From the NCBI GenBank assembly GCA_001643675.2, contig LSRY02000035.1, positions 124,001 through 188,000 of the forward strand: 64,000 nucleotides of DNA. The letters run 5' to 3'. Positions 1 through 12,006 of the stretch are shown piece after piece (position 1 is the first letter of the stretch; each line of letters begins with the position of its first letter). The notes under the pieces are model-generated. The model had not been told where the DNA came from. It made no database searches and saw nothing but the letters and a program-made list of their open reading frames with translations. The stretch is from Monocercomonoides exilis PA203. Lineage: Eukaryota; Protista; Preaxostyla. A program made the translations under genes and the position numbers.

Positions 1-538
1 TATATATATATATATATATATATTAACAAAATTGATTCAAAAAATTCGAAAATTGAATGCTGACGAGAATATTTCTGCTAGGAATGTCAGAAGTGAAAAA
101 TTTTGCGTCAGTGGTCATAACGTCACACATGTAAATTTTGCTATTTTTTTATTACTGAATTAAAAAAAAGAAAAAGAAACAGAAAATTATGATTTTATAT
201 AGGTCATTACTCACGAAACTTTACTGAAATGGAAGTTTATTCTTTATCATGTAATTATGAAATTAAAATAAAGTTAGGTGATTGGAAACAAAAATTCGAT
301 TAAAATATTAATTTTTAAAATAATATGATTAAAGTGATTTATGAAGAAAATTTTCACAAAAGTGTTATAATCAATAAATCGTTTCAACTCAATAAAAACT
401 TTTGTTTCGAAAATTTTGCTCTTTGTATATTCGACTAACACTGAAATATGATAATTCCTTTTTTTTTTAAATATTTCATCACGAACTCATCTCAATCATT
501 GGCTTTTGAATCAAACGTGATGATTTGAACATTTTGGT

Positions 539-575
<37 letters not shown>

Positions 576-824
576 TTATTTATTTATTTATTTAAAAGTT
601 CTTTTTGTTTTATTTGCATAATGTCTTGGGTCATTTATTAATATGGGTTATTAATTTTGAAATAATAACCTTATTAGGAATGTTGACTATTCAAAGGTTT
701 TATTTCTTTGGAAATGAATAATTCATAAAAAAGAAAAATGAATTATTATTTCCAAAATTGATAATGTTCAATTAATATCAATGAAAAAAGAACTTCGAAA
801 AGGAGTTATTTCTTTTCAGAATAT

Positions 825-1064
825 GTCAAAATTTTTTTGAAAAGTTCCTTTTGTTTAATTTTCTTATAGAATGAAAATTTCATATTTCGATCAAATTTCC
901 GTTCCCAATCATGAAACTTCACTAAAAATAAAATTATTACATCGTCAAGTTATTGTCTTAATGACAGCAAAATTTGGTGAGTTGGAACAGAAATTTGATC
1001 GAAATATAAAATTTTTTCTTTATTTGAAAATTAAACAAAAGGAACTTTTCAAAAAAATTTTGAC
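825..1064. mobile_element. ~240 bp foldback MITE (family A) with 4-bp ATAT target duplication
   Basis: Left arm GTCAAAATTTTTTTGAAAAGTTCCTTTTGTTTAATTTTC is the exact reverse complement of the right arm, and imperfect pairing continues inward. ATAT lies at 821-824 and 1065-1068. A related copy is at 39860-40099. Confidence 0.85.
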
Positions 1065-1741
1065 ATATATATATATATAGTGAGTTCTCAAACAAATATT
1101 TTTGTGAGAGAAATGCTTAATACAATATTTACCCACATTTTTAAAATATCAGTTAAACATCTGCGTCACATGCCTTCTGACGTGAACATTTTAGGAGTGA
1201 CGTGACGTGAATGAAAAAATTTTATTTTCTTATAAAAAAAATTTGAAAAAATAAAAAACAAGACATGCAAAGAAAAATTGAATTTTTTGTAATTCATCTT
1301 TCATTATTGAGAAGGCTTTTAAAATTTTTTTCATTTTATAAAATGTTCATTTCAATTTTTATATGAACAATGGGTTATGTCGTGATCAATTTTTTATGGT
1401 ATAAATACCAAGGCATTCGCGTCACTGCCTGTCACTGACGTAATTCCAGTCACTAAGGCATTTAGCAAAATTTCTTTATTTGTTATTCATGGATGCCTCA
1501 CAAATATTTTTTTCTTCCTTAAAAAACCCAGAAATAGTTTGTTGACAGTTTATATTTTTATTTTTATTTTTTTGTATTTTCAATAACACTTTTTTATTCT
1601 TCTTGATCAAAAAAGTTCGAGATGTATAAAGAAACCGAGAAAATGTTCAAATCACACAGATGCGAGTTGATAAAACTGAAAAAAATAGAATCCAATGAGT
1701 ACACAAACTGTTTGAATTTTTAGATTTTTCTTGAAATAAAT

Positions 1742-4675
1742 TTGGAACTGATATTTAATTTTTTCATAGGTTATTATCATCCAATTCAGGAGGAATTAAT
1801 CATTTCAAAACCTTCTCTTGATATTGTTAATCACAAAATATTTATTGCATTCACTCCTTTGTATAAAGACAGGATTGCAAAAAAGGATATGCACAGACTT
1901 TACATGTGTCCGTGTGAAAAAGATGGAGTTGCCTGCGGAGTAACGGGTCGGAAGGATTACTCTTTGATTTTTAATCATAAATGTGATTTGATGACAAATA
2001 ATCATATCTCTTTGTTTTTTTCTCAGAAGTCCAATTTATCAACAATTTCTCCTGAAAGGAAACAAAGCAATGGAACTTCTCAAACAACATTGAAAGGTAA
2101 GCTCGCTGAATCTTTCATCAATATCGTTGCCCATAGTAATATTTCTTTTCTATCAGTTGCAACAAATGAATTCAATGATTTCATTACAGCATTAATAAAG
2201 TCATCACAAGCGAATCCACACATGAGCAGAGAAGATATTTTCCCTCGCTTAACAGAGAGAAATGTGAGTAGACTGCTTCATGAAACGAATTCAAAGAAAA
2301 TTGAAAAAGCAATTTCTATAATTTCTAACAATCCCCTTGGAGTTGTAATTGACGGAGGAGTTGTTGGGGGAGTAAGCTACACTGCAGTTGGTGTAACAAC
2401 AATGGATCAATTATCAAAACCTATCTTTTGGAAGTTGTACAAAGGCTGTCGATCAGAATCCGATTATTTCAATTTGGGAACAGAAATAATGACCGAGCTT
2501 AGTGCTTATGGATGTTCTGTCAGAGCTTGGTGCTCAGATGGACTGAAACCACAAGTTTTGGCTTTGAATAGGATATCAACTAATGATTGCAAGGAATTAT
2601 CTGGTTTGTCACATACAAATAATTATCCCAGACCAATTTTTATTAGATGTCTAAATCATTTAATCAACTTGGTTGTCAGTCATGCTTTTTCTGAAAATGT
2701 TAAACTTAAGCAAATGAAGGAATTGATAATAAACTTCAGTCAGCAAGCACATTTGTCAATTTTCAGAAACAGTCTGAAAAAAAGATGCCCATCATTTATT
2801 GCCACAAGATGGCTGTGCTTGTATAATATTTGTTTCTTCATAAGACAGAATCAATCAATAATAAACAAAACCAGCATGCTTTCAGACAACGAAATATTTG
2901 AAATTGCACTTACTGAATTGTTGCTGTATCCACTTTATTCGATGCATCTGATTTTTGAAAAAGAATCGACAAAACTTGGAGATGCTTTTCCTGTTGTAAT
3001 TCAAGCAATGAATTTGTTTTATTCTTTTTCAACATATGAATATTTCCTATATGGAGAATGGCATAATGCATTAACAGATATAGTCATTCTGTTATATAAC
3101 TATACACTTTGTAATTTTTCTGGGCAATTACTTGCAACATCTTACGCATTAACTCCAATAGGATCATATAAACATCGAATCAACAAATTCACTTGTGACC
3201 CTAGGGAACGTTTGAATATATACAAAAAATATACATTATTATTAAACTATTCATATTTTTCTTTTATCTCGAAAATATTATTTTATTTAGTTTCAGAAAC
3301 AATTATTGATGTGTCAAAAAAATCAAGTGAATCTCTATCTCATTATTGCGGGGAAGATTCATCTGGATCAATGTGTCTTATTCAAAACTCATCAAATACT
3401 TCTTCTTTGTCAAGTTCGTCATCTTCCTCTTCATCCTCCTCTTCATCCTCCTCTTCATCCTCCTCTTCATCCTCCTCTTCATCCTCCTCTTCATCCTCCT
3501 CTTCATCCTCCTCTTCATCCTCCTCTTCATCCTCCTCTTCATCCTCCTCTTCATCCTCCTCTTCATCCTCCTCTTCATCCTCCTCTTCGTCTTTATCTTC
3601 GTCTTTATCTTCCTCCACCTCAAATGTTTCCTGTTTAACCACGTTTCCTATTTTCCAGAATCCTTCTTCGTTTCAGTCAATACAAAATCATTATTACATA
3701 ACTTTTTCGGATACACACTTGTCAAACCTTCCGTTTCTATCAACTGAAAAGTTGAAAATAGCTTTTGTAAATTCTGAAAAAGAAGATGAAGAATATGGAA
3801 AACGTGTTATTGGATCTTCTTTTTCAACTTCTCTAACCACAAATTGCACAAAAACTATGAATGTTGAGTCCTCAAACTCAAAATTGAAAAGTTTGATTGA
3901 TTTCATTTCAACTCTTGATTCGAATTCTCTTGAAAACACAGAAGAATATGAAGAACAATACGAAATCGAAGATTTTGATGAACAAGATTTGTTTGGATTG
4001 ATTCTAGCTGAAGAAGAAGAAAAGGATGATGAATATAAACATAAATCCAATGAAACGGATCATATCAATTTCTACTTGACAAGAAAAACAACTCAGCATG
4101 ATGAAGTGTCAGAAAGAATGTCAACAGACATTACAAAAAAATCACAAACTGAAAAAGAAATTTCTGGAAATGAAAGAGAACCAACGAATAATGAAGAAAA
4201 CAACGAAAGTGAAAACGAAAGCGATAGTGATGTGGATTTCATTTGCAATTTTTCTCGTTTCAGAAGAATCGAAGAATGTAATGTTGATTTAGAAAATCAA
4301 ACTTTGAAAAATATTTGGGATTATTTATTTTCTGATTGGTTTGGAAGGATTGTGGCAGGTTTTAGAGTCTTGTTGGATCATATGATGGATGAAAGGCACA
4401 ACAGAATAAAGTCTCAATGCATGAAGTTTTTTAAAGAATTATTACTTAAAAAAGTGAAAGAAGAAGTCATCGAAGAAGATGGTTACATTTTTTATCAAGA
4501 TTTTGGTTCCTTCAGTGAAACACATACAATATTTTCTAATATAGCTTACTGTATAATAACTTCGCCATGCAGTGAATCATTCTGTGAAAGAATATTTTCG
4601 AAAGCCCGAAGAATAATTGGAGATCGTCGCCACAATATTTCAGACAGAACACTTAATGCTCTTCTTCGTCTTTAA
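1742..4675 (+). CDS. hAT-superfamily DDE transposase with a large Ser/acidic low-complexity insertion; true start probably ATG 1489 via short upstream exons
   Basis: hAT motifs in order: VVIDGG (D1), WCSDG (D2), RCLNHLINLVV (CxxH), ATRWL (TRW), and C-terminal SPCSESFCERIFSKARRIIGDRRHNI (E, dimerisation region). A probable in-frame intron runs 3210-3290 (GTTTGA...TTAG, 81 nt). Confidence 0.88.
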   Translation: MELIFNFFIGYYHPIQEELIISKPSLDIVNHKIFIAFTPLYKDRIAKKDMHRLYMCPCEKDGVACGVTGRKDYSLIFNHKCDLMTNNHISLFFSQKSNLSTISPERKQSNGTSQTTLKGKLAESFINIVAHSNISFLSVATNEFNDFITALIKSSQANPHMSREDIFPRLTERNVSRLLHETNSKKIEKAISIISNNPLGVVIDGGVVGGVSYTAVGVTTMDQLSKPIFWKLYKGCRSESDYFNLGTEIMTELSAYGCSVRAWCSDGLKPQVLALNRISTNDCKELSGLSHTNNYPRPIFIRCLNHLINLVVSHAFSENVKLKQMKELIINFSQQAHLSIFRNSLKKRCPSFIATRWLCLYNICFFIRQNQSIINKTSMLSDNEIFEIALTELLLYPLYSMHLIFEKESTKLGDAFPVVIQAMNLFYSFSTYEYFLYGEWHNALTDIVILLYNYTLCNFSGQLLATSYALTPIGSYKHRINKFTCDPRERLNIYKKYTLLLNYSYFSFISKILFYLVSETIIDVSKKSSESLSHYCGEDSSGSMCLIQNSSNTSSLSSSSSSSSSSSSSSSSSSSSSSSSSSSSSSSSSSSSSSSSSSSSSSSSSSSSSSSSSSSSSLSSSLSSSTSNVSCLTTFPIFQNPSSFQSIQNHYYITFSDTHLSNLPFLSTEKLKIAFVNSEKEDEEYGKRVIGSSFSTSLTTNCTKTMNVESSNSKLKSLIDFISTLDSNSLENTEEYEEQYEIEDFDEQDLFGLILAEEEEKDDEYKHKSNETDHINFYLTRKTTQHDEVSERMSTDITKKSQTEKEISGNEREPTNNEENNESENESDSDVDFICNFSRFRRIEECNVDLENQTLKNIWDYLFSDWFGRIVAGFRVLLDHMMDERHNRIKSQCMKFFKELLLKKVKEEVIEEDGYIFYQDFGSFSETHTIFSNIAYCIITSPCSESFCERIFSKARRIIGDRRHNISDRTLNALLRL
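3419..3587 (+). repeat. 12-bp tandem repeat (TCATCCTCCTCT)n encoding poly-Ser inside the hAT transposase
   Basis: Directly visible tandem array; it explains the spurious HPPL/FILL/KRRM/EEED ORFs in other frames. Confidence 0.95.
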
Positions 4676-5559
4676 TTTCTCATGGGAATAAATTTTTTCT
4701 GTTTTGAATCTGTTGAATCAATCATTTTGTTCGTCACTTATTTATTTTCTTTCCCATATCGCTTGACCTTTACAAAAAGCTGAAATATTGTACAGAATTT
4801 TAATGTTTTTATGTTTTGACAGAAAATCGAAGTTAATCTTCTGAATATTGAACGAGCTGAAGCAAAAAGAAAAGGCGAACTATGTGATTTGAGGAGAATA
4901 ATATCGAACCGGTATGGAGAAGGAGCAGAGAGTGCGTTAATGGTGGGAGGCGGTCCGCTGGATGTGTAGGGTGGTCAAGTTGTGTTTAACAGTCTGGAGG
5001 CAGAGGTGGAAGCAGAAACATGCGATGCGGAAGAGTTTCACCTGGTGCATGGCACAGGCTTGGAGCTTCCGGTGAGGAGCACTTGCGTCGTGTGCAGAAT
5101 GAAGCGAGTGTGCTTAATGAGACAGTGATTGAGGTGGTGCAAATGACATGCAAGTCTGTGGAAATGAATCGTTTGAATATTGGTGCTCCAGAAAGCAGGG
5201 GAGGCGGAACTGTGGCAGCGGATCTTGGAGCTGCGAAGTGACTGAAGCAAAAACAGAAAAGCAGTATCAGGAGGAACAACTTCAGTGTGCTTGCGCTCGG
5301 AGTTTTGTGGGTGATGAGAGTTTATGTATGTGGGGAGAGCTCGGGGAGCACGGTGGTGGAGATGAAGCCATTGGAGTTCAGCAAGAACGAGGTGCGGTGG
5401 GGGGTAGAATACGTATGTGCGGGATATTACTCTGGCGGCAGTTGCGAAAAAGGAGCGGATACCATTTGTGTGGAAGATGTGAATGGGAGACGAGGATTCT
5501 GAAGAAGAAAAAGAAGAAATATTTGCTGTTGATTGCATTTTGTTGAACAAAGGAACCGA

Positions 5560-8500
5560 ATTTGATCTGCCTCTGCCTTTTTGGTTGGAATAGCTGAGCT
5601 GAGAGTCTTCAATGTAGGTTTCTGAATGGTTGATGGAATACTATGTCATGTGTTGTGTTTTTGAGATTCTCTTCAAAAGACCATATGAATCTGTGTTTAA
5701 AGAAGAAGCCAATGAACTCGATGAAGACAAAAGGTTTGCGTCTGAAGAAAATAACTGGATTTTCTAGAGGGCAAGTTAATTGCTTATGATTTGTGTGGCA
5801 CACTGCACATGTTTCCCATCCACCAATACCATCACCCGCGGCAGAGACGGGTCAAACAATAGAACAGTCCCACACAGAAGCTGAATGCTGCTATTGGACA
5901 CTTCGCTCGGAAACATTGAGGATGTGAACGACTCTGCCCGCTTCTTCAGAGAGAATATCGTTGACTGTGTGCGACTCTGTGCCTGTGTCTGTGTCTCCAT
6001 CAGCGTCTGTGATTGTGCTTGTGCTTGTGCTTGTGAATGAGAATGAGAATGAGAATGTGCCTGATTCTCTGCTTTGCCTGATGAAACAAACAATCTTTCT
6101 GTTCTCGCTTTAATAAACATTGCCAAGTGCTTTGATAGAGAAGAAAAAAAAAGAAGACAATCGAGCTGGCTGAGTTTCCATCTTCATCTGCAAAAAGAGG
6201 ATAATCTGTGATTCTATCACTTCTATCACTTCTGTCACTTCTGCTTCTTCTATTGCAGTTGCGGTTTCTGTAGTTTTCTTCGCAAAGCAGAGAAAGCAAA
6301 GAACAAGCAGCCTTTATCAACCGGAGGAGCGATGTCATTCTTCTCAGCACTTCCACCTCGTCTGACAGCAAACGCAGATTAAGCGAGGCAGCCGGGGTAC
6401 GCGATGACTGCAGAACAAGAAACCTTTCACAGAGCATTAAACGTCTTTTGGATGAGGATGAAAAAGAAGAAGAAGAAGAAGAATTGTTGATGGAGCGAAG
6501 GAAAGAGGATGTTGAATGAGATTGCAGCTCGTCAAAGTGGAGGGAGGACTTGAGAGAGGAAGGCTGGTATGTGTTTTGTTGTGTGGGGATGCTGAGAAGG
6601 ATGTAAAGGTTGTGAAGAAGAAGAAGAAGCAGAAGCAGAAGCAGAAGAAGGAGAAGAAACAGAAGGACGAGAATTAATCACATCGCTCTTCGTTCTTCCA
6701 TGGATTGATTTCGCAGGCACAGCTGAAGGGGAAGACAAGAACATCGATTGATAAGAAGCGAAGGATGTAGATGTATGGAGCTGATTGCAAGAAAAAGGAA
6801 GCATTCTATTTGTTTCCTTTGAGGAGTGTTTTTGAACGATTTCTTTGCTTCTCAGCAGCAAACTGCCTGTGGAGTCAACTTTTGCAAAGGAAGAGTGAGT
6901 GTCATGTGGTGATTGATATGATTGATATGATTGCAATAAATTTTATGATTGAATAGATTGAATAGATTGAATTGGTTGAGATGACTGAGGTGATAAATGT
7001 GTTTGCAATGGAATAGGAGAAGAAGGAGAAGGAGAAGAGGCAGAAGGTGAGGCAGAAGGTGAGGCGGAAGAAGGAGAATTGTCTGAGGTGAGTGAATGGG
7101 AAGAAAAAGAAGAAGAAGTGAATGTTGATGAAGATGAAGATGTGGAAGAGGATAAAGAAGAATGTGACATTGAAAGTGAAGGCGAAGCATCACGCTGTTC
7201 TGTTGAAGAAGAAGAAGAAGAAGAAGAAGATAAGAGGAGGAGGAAGAGGAGGAGAAGTTGAAGGAAATAAATGAGAAAGAAAAAAAAAAGAGGGAGAAGG
7301 AGAAAGAAAAGAAGAAAAAAGAGTCGAACTTAATCAATCTCTTTCCATTCTATCTAATTTCCTTTGTTTTCCTGCATTTTCATTCGTTTCCTCTTTGTTT
7401 GAAATTGAAATTGAAATTTTATCTTGTGATTTTTTTTCTGCTTTGAATTTCCTTTTATTTCTTTATTTTCCTCTTTCTTCTTTTCTCTCGTAAATTCCAT
7501 ACAATTTCTGCTTCTTTCTCCTCTTTCCTTCCTTCACTCTCTTTCTTCTCTTTCTTCTCTTTCTTCTCCTTCTCCTTCTTCTTCATCATCATATTATTCT
7601 TCTTCTTCCTCCTCCTCCTCATCTGGATTTTAACTCATACACACTCTTCTCTTCGCATCCTTCTCCTTCAGCTTCTTCAGCGATTCGTTTTGGTCTTTTA
7701 AATATGATTTATATTTCTTCTCTTCCTCTTCCCCTTCCCCTTTCACTTTCCTTTCCTATTTCTCTTCCTTCTCTTCCTTCTTCTGTTGACGATGAGAAAG
7801 AAAAGGCGAAATAAACTTTGTTCTTTTTGTTTTTTCAAACAGTCCCTTCCAGCTGGACACAGACACACTGCCATCTTTCTGCTTCTTGTTCTTTTCCTTT
7901 TGGTTATGTTGAGCGATTCTGAAATAGATATTGGATGTCAAAAATAATTATAATAATAATAATAATAATGAAATGTGAATATGAAAATAATTATAATAAT
8001 AATTAAAATAATAAAAACAATAAATAAATAAACAAAGAGGAAAAAAAGTGAAAAGAAATGATGATGATGATATCGATGAGAGATAAAAAAAAGAAGAAAA
8101 ATGAAACAAAAATTTCAAAAGCAAAGGATATAATACAAACGGTGATTCATGCACAGTTATTAAGAAAGCAATAGAATATCTCAGATTCTTATTCTTCCGC
8201 TTAAAGGCAGATTTTTTATCTTCATCTCCTTCTCCTTCTCCTTCTTCTTCTTCTTCTTCTTCTTCCTCTTTTTCCTCTTCTTCTTCTTCTTCTTCCTCTT
8301 CTTCCTCTTCTTCCTCTTCCTCTTCCTCTTTCAAATCTCGTCCTCTTCATCCTCCTCAAATTCCTTCTCGCCCCAAACCTCTCCAAATCCAACTGCCAAA
8401 CAGCCAACATCTTCCTCTTTCTCCTCCAAAACCAAGTTATAATTCCCCTTCTGCCTCTTCTTCCTCTTCATCTTCTTCCTCTTCCTCATCATCATTATAT

Positions 8501-9350
8501 CCTTCTCCTCTTCTTTCTTCATCAAAACACAAATTTTTATCGAAATCTCCATTCTCAAACTCAACTCTTCCTCCTCCACCTCCACCACTTCTTCTTCCCC
8601 TTCTTTCCCTTCTTCCCTTTCCCTTTCTCCTCTTTCCTCTGCCCGTGGTCTGTCCGTGAAGGCGCCGAAGGAACAAAATCACGCGGCGGAAGAGGAGGCG
8701 GGGGAGGAACGCAATTCACACCAGAAACAGGAGCAGCGGTGTTGTAGGAGAGGCGGAGAGTGCGAAGGGCAGTGGGAATTCGCTGGGTGTAGTTGCGGAT
8801 GAGGAGAAGGAGAAGGAGAAGGAGAAGGAGAAGGAGAAAGAGGAGAGGAAGAGGAAAAGGAAAAGGAGATGAAATAGATAGAGAAGAGAAGAGTAGAAGA
8901 GAGAAGAGTTGATTGAGAAGAGAAATGGAATAATAGAAGATAATATTATAATAGAGAAGAGAAATCAACAAATAATTACAAAGAAAAGCGTTATGCATTG
9001 AAACTGATTTGAATAAACAAACTCGCACACACTTTGTTCTGAATTGACACAAATACAAAGAAATGGGAATCAAATAAAGAAAAGAGAGAGAAAGAAAAAA
9101 AAGATATATATATATATATAAAGAGAAAGAGAAATATGAAAGGAGAAAATAAATATGACACGGAAGAGTTAGAAAAAAATAAAGAAAGACAATTAATTTG
9201 ACACAAACATGTTGCTGGTGCTATCTCGACAGCAGTCTTTGTTGACCAGCCGATACACTTTGCTCCATCCTTCATGGCTCGGCTGTCAGCTCTTTCAATT
9301 CTTTTGATAAACTTTATGCAACATTATGCAAATGCTGGAGGTGAAAGAAG
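5560..9350 (-). pseudogene. Fragmented low-complexity (Pro/Glu/Ser-rich) gene, inverted paralog of the gene at 55138-59369
   Basis: Shares peptides VPPPPPLPPRDFVPSAPSRTDHGQRKEE and TSNIYFRxxQHNQKEKNKKQKDGSVSVSSWKGLFE, plus intron sequence, with 56270-58880 in reverse complement. The frame is broken several times. Boundaries are approximate. Confidence 0.7.
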
Positions 9351-10236
9351 AAGAAGAAGAAGAAGAGAGAAAAAAGAAAGAAATGCAAATATTTTGATGG
9401 AAAAGGAAGAAGAAAAGAAGAATTTTTCAGAAGTATTTGAAATGAATTGACAGAAGATAATTAAATTGGATGAAGTTATATCGACACAAGGAGAGGTAGA
9501 AGAAGGAGATAAAGAGAAAGAAAAAACAGAAAAAGATAAATATAAAGTTGAATATAAATAAAAAAGGGGATGAAGAAAATCAAAAAAATCAATGCGAATC
9601 GGTGTGATGCTAACAAGCTTTTCATTTGAACAAAGTTAAAACTATCACAAAAAATCAGAGCAACAATTAAATGAAAAAACAAAAAAATATAAAAGAGACT
9701 TAAATTATAATGAACTTTTAATTCAGATCAGATTGTTTTTAAGCATATTCATAATAAAGTATTTTAATTCATATTCATTGATAATAATTCTCTCATGTCG
9801 ATAATATAGCGAACAACATGTTAAATATTTTTTTTGCTTCTTAAAACAATTGTTAAATTGAAAGGATAAAATTGTTAAGTGAGAATTGAAAATAATAAAT
9901 ATTTAAAATATGATAATTATGTATTTCGAAGAAAAAACATGTTGAACATAAACAATTACTTAGGTTTTATGATTTCAAAAAAAGATTAATAATATAAACG
10001 AGACACTGATAACAAAGCTTCAAAAACATTAAAAAATAAATAGGAAAATCTTGATGGAAATTTTTTTAGAATGAAATGACTTCCGTTAAAGTGCAAAATA
10101 GTAATTTAATAAATGAATATTTAATTAAGGTTTATTGATTGTGAATTGTGAGAAAATTTTTGTTTTGATAATTTTGAATTATTTGAAAGTGTTTTATCCT
10201 TTTCAAAGCATAATTTTGAAAAATTGATTGCTTTTA

Positions 10237-10276
<40 letters not shown>

Positions 10277-10479
10277 AACTGTGCCGGGCACTGACTGACG
10301 AGAGCCCACCTTTTTCAAGGTGACGCAGATGTTTAATATCAGTAACAGATTATTGTTATCGAAGAGGTTCTAAAGATTAACGAGCAATTTTGACATTGAG
10401 AAAAATGTTATCGTGGTTTTTGATGAATTTTTTAATTTTTTGTCATTCATTTTTTTCTCTTAACAATGTGGAAACGACA

Positions 10480-10779
10480 AAAGTTAATTAGGATGTTTGG
10501 TACGATTCTAAGAAAAAACACAGAATGGTTGCTCATTATGTCAAAAATAGTACAAAAAATATTTTCATTCCGATAAAACGTCCAATGATAAAGTGTGGGT
10601 ACACAATTGTGTCGGATGACTGGAGTGCATCACACAAATTGGACGAATTTGGTTTCGTTTATTTAATCGTCAATCATGCTGATGGAAACAAAAATGAAGA
10701 TTGTGAAACAGCAAATCTAATAGAAGGAGTATATGTGTTCATTCGTTGCTTTTCGCATAAAAAAGAAGATCGTTGCTAG
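10480..10779 (+). pseudogene. Merlin/ISXO2-like (IS1595 family) transposase fragment
   Basis: GYTIVSDDWSA...VNHA...TANLIEGVY matches the ISXO2 pattern TIxSDxW..Y..L / VNH / TNxIEGxW. Confidence 0.7.
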
Positions 10780-12006
10780 CACTTTGAAAACATTTTTTAA
10801 CTTTTCATATTTATGAAATACTATGAACATTTAAATGATCAACAAAAATAACAATTATATTAAATATCAAGAATTCCAATATTTTGAAGAATAAGAAAAG
10901 TGAATAGGTGATCATTTTTGATATCAGATTTTTTCTGTCAAAATTTTCAGAAAGAAAATTTGCATTGCGAATGAATAAACGAACACCTAAAATCAATCTT
11001 CAATTTGTTGATAACATAATAATGAACTTTTCTCAAACATTGACTCATGAAAGAAATATGGCACATTATTTATTTGAATTAAAAATTTACAGTCAAAGGC
11101 GAACAACCTTTGAAATATCAACACCTCAAAAATAGTTATTACATCAAAAATTATTTCACATATGCTTCTAAATTCAATTATCTTTGTTCTTTGAAAAGGG
11201 TGATTGATAGAAATTTCAACTGGGGATTATGATAGATGGAAACAGAAAAAAAAATATAAATAAAAACATATTCTCAAAATGAAATGGTGGTTGGGGACTT
11301 AAAAAAAGAGATTTGAAATTCAAACAATTGAATTATAAAAATTCTGTTAAGGCACATGATTATATACAAACTAGATGAACAAGAAATTAAAAATAGAAAC
11401 TATCAGATCAAAAAAAGAAAACCAATCTGAAAACAAAAAATGATGAAAATGAAGATAAATTTATTTTCTACACAAAATAAAACTATTTCAAACAAAAAAA
11501 CTGTTGGAAAAAATGATAATTTTAATTATATTTATAACTGCACAAAGTTGTCGAAAACATAAAAGTCGAGGTTGTAATAAAAGAAACAAAATCACTGAAA
11601 ATGAACAAATTCAGAGTGAGCATTTTCCCTTTTCCCGAACACTCACAAAATTCGAAAGTCACTTCTCATGATAATGCAAAGGGTCAGTCATTTTCCATGA
11701 ATCAATTTTTCTTTTCCAAATTATTGAATGTTTATCTTTCTGAAAGAACTAACTCGATTTGGGTGTTTGTTTTTTAGATTATTTTGTCCAATGTTGAACA
11801 AGTCTAAGCTTTTTGTGGCTGTTCATTTTTCATGTTCCTTCCAATAATTCTCTTTCAAACACTTTCTTTTTGCAAACTTCTTTACCTTTCAGTTAATTTC
11901 AATTTCAACTTTATCTGCTCCATCTCTCTATTTCGCTTTCTTCATCTACCAATTGTTGATATATTCATTCATTATTCTCTTCCTTTTCTAGTTTTTTCCG
12001 TTGTTT

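Noticed and set aside
1-22. (TA)n at the window start and poly-A/T runs (541-572, 10241-10273, 45265-45316)
   Set aside because: These are simple repeats with no evidence of a telomere or a retroposon tail.
1078-1093. TAGTGAGTTCTCAAAC as a left hAT TIR
   Set aside because: It resembles hAT ends, but no inverted partner or 8-bp TSD was found downstream of the gene.
3306-3747. ORFs made of HPPL, FILL, KRRM or EEED repeats (likewise 33813-34094)
   Set aside because: These are alternative-frame readings of Ser-coding tandem repeats.
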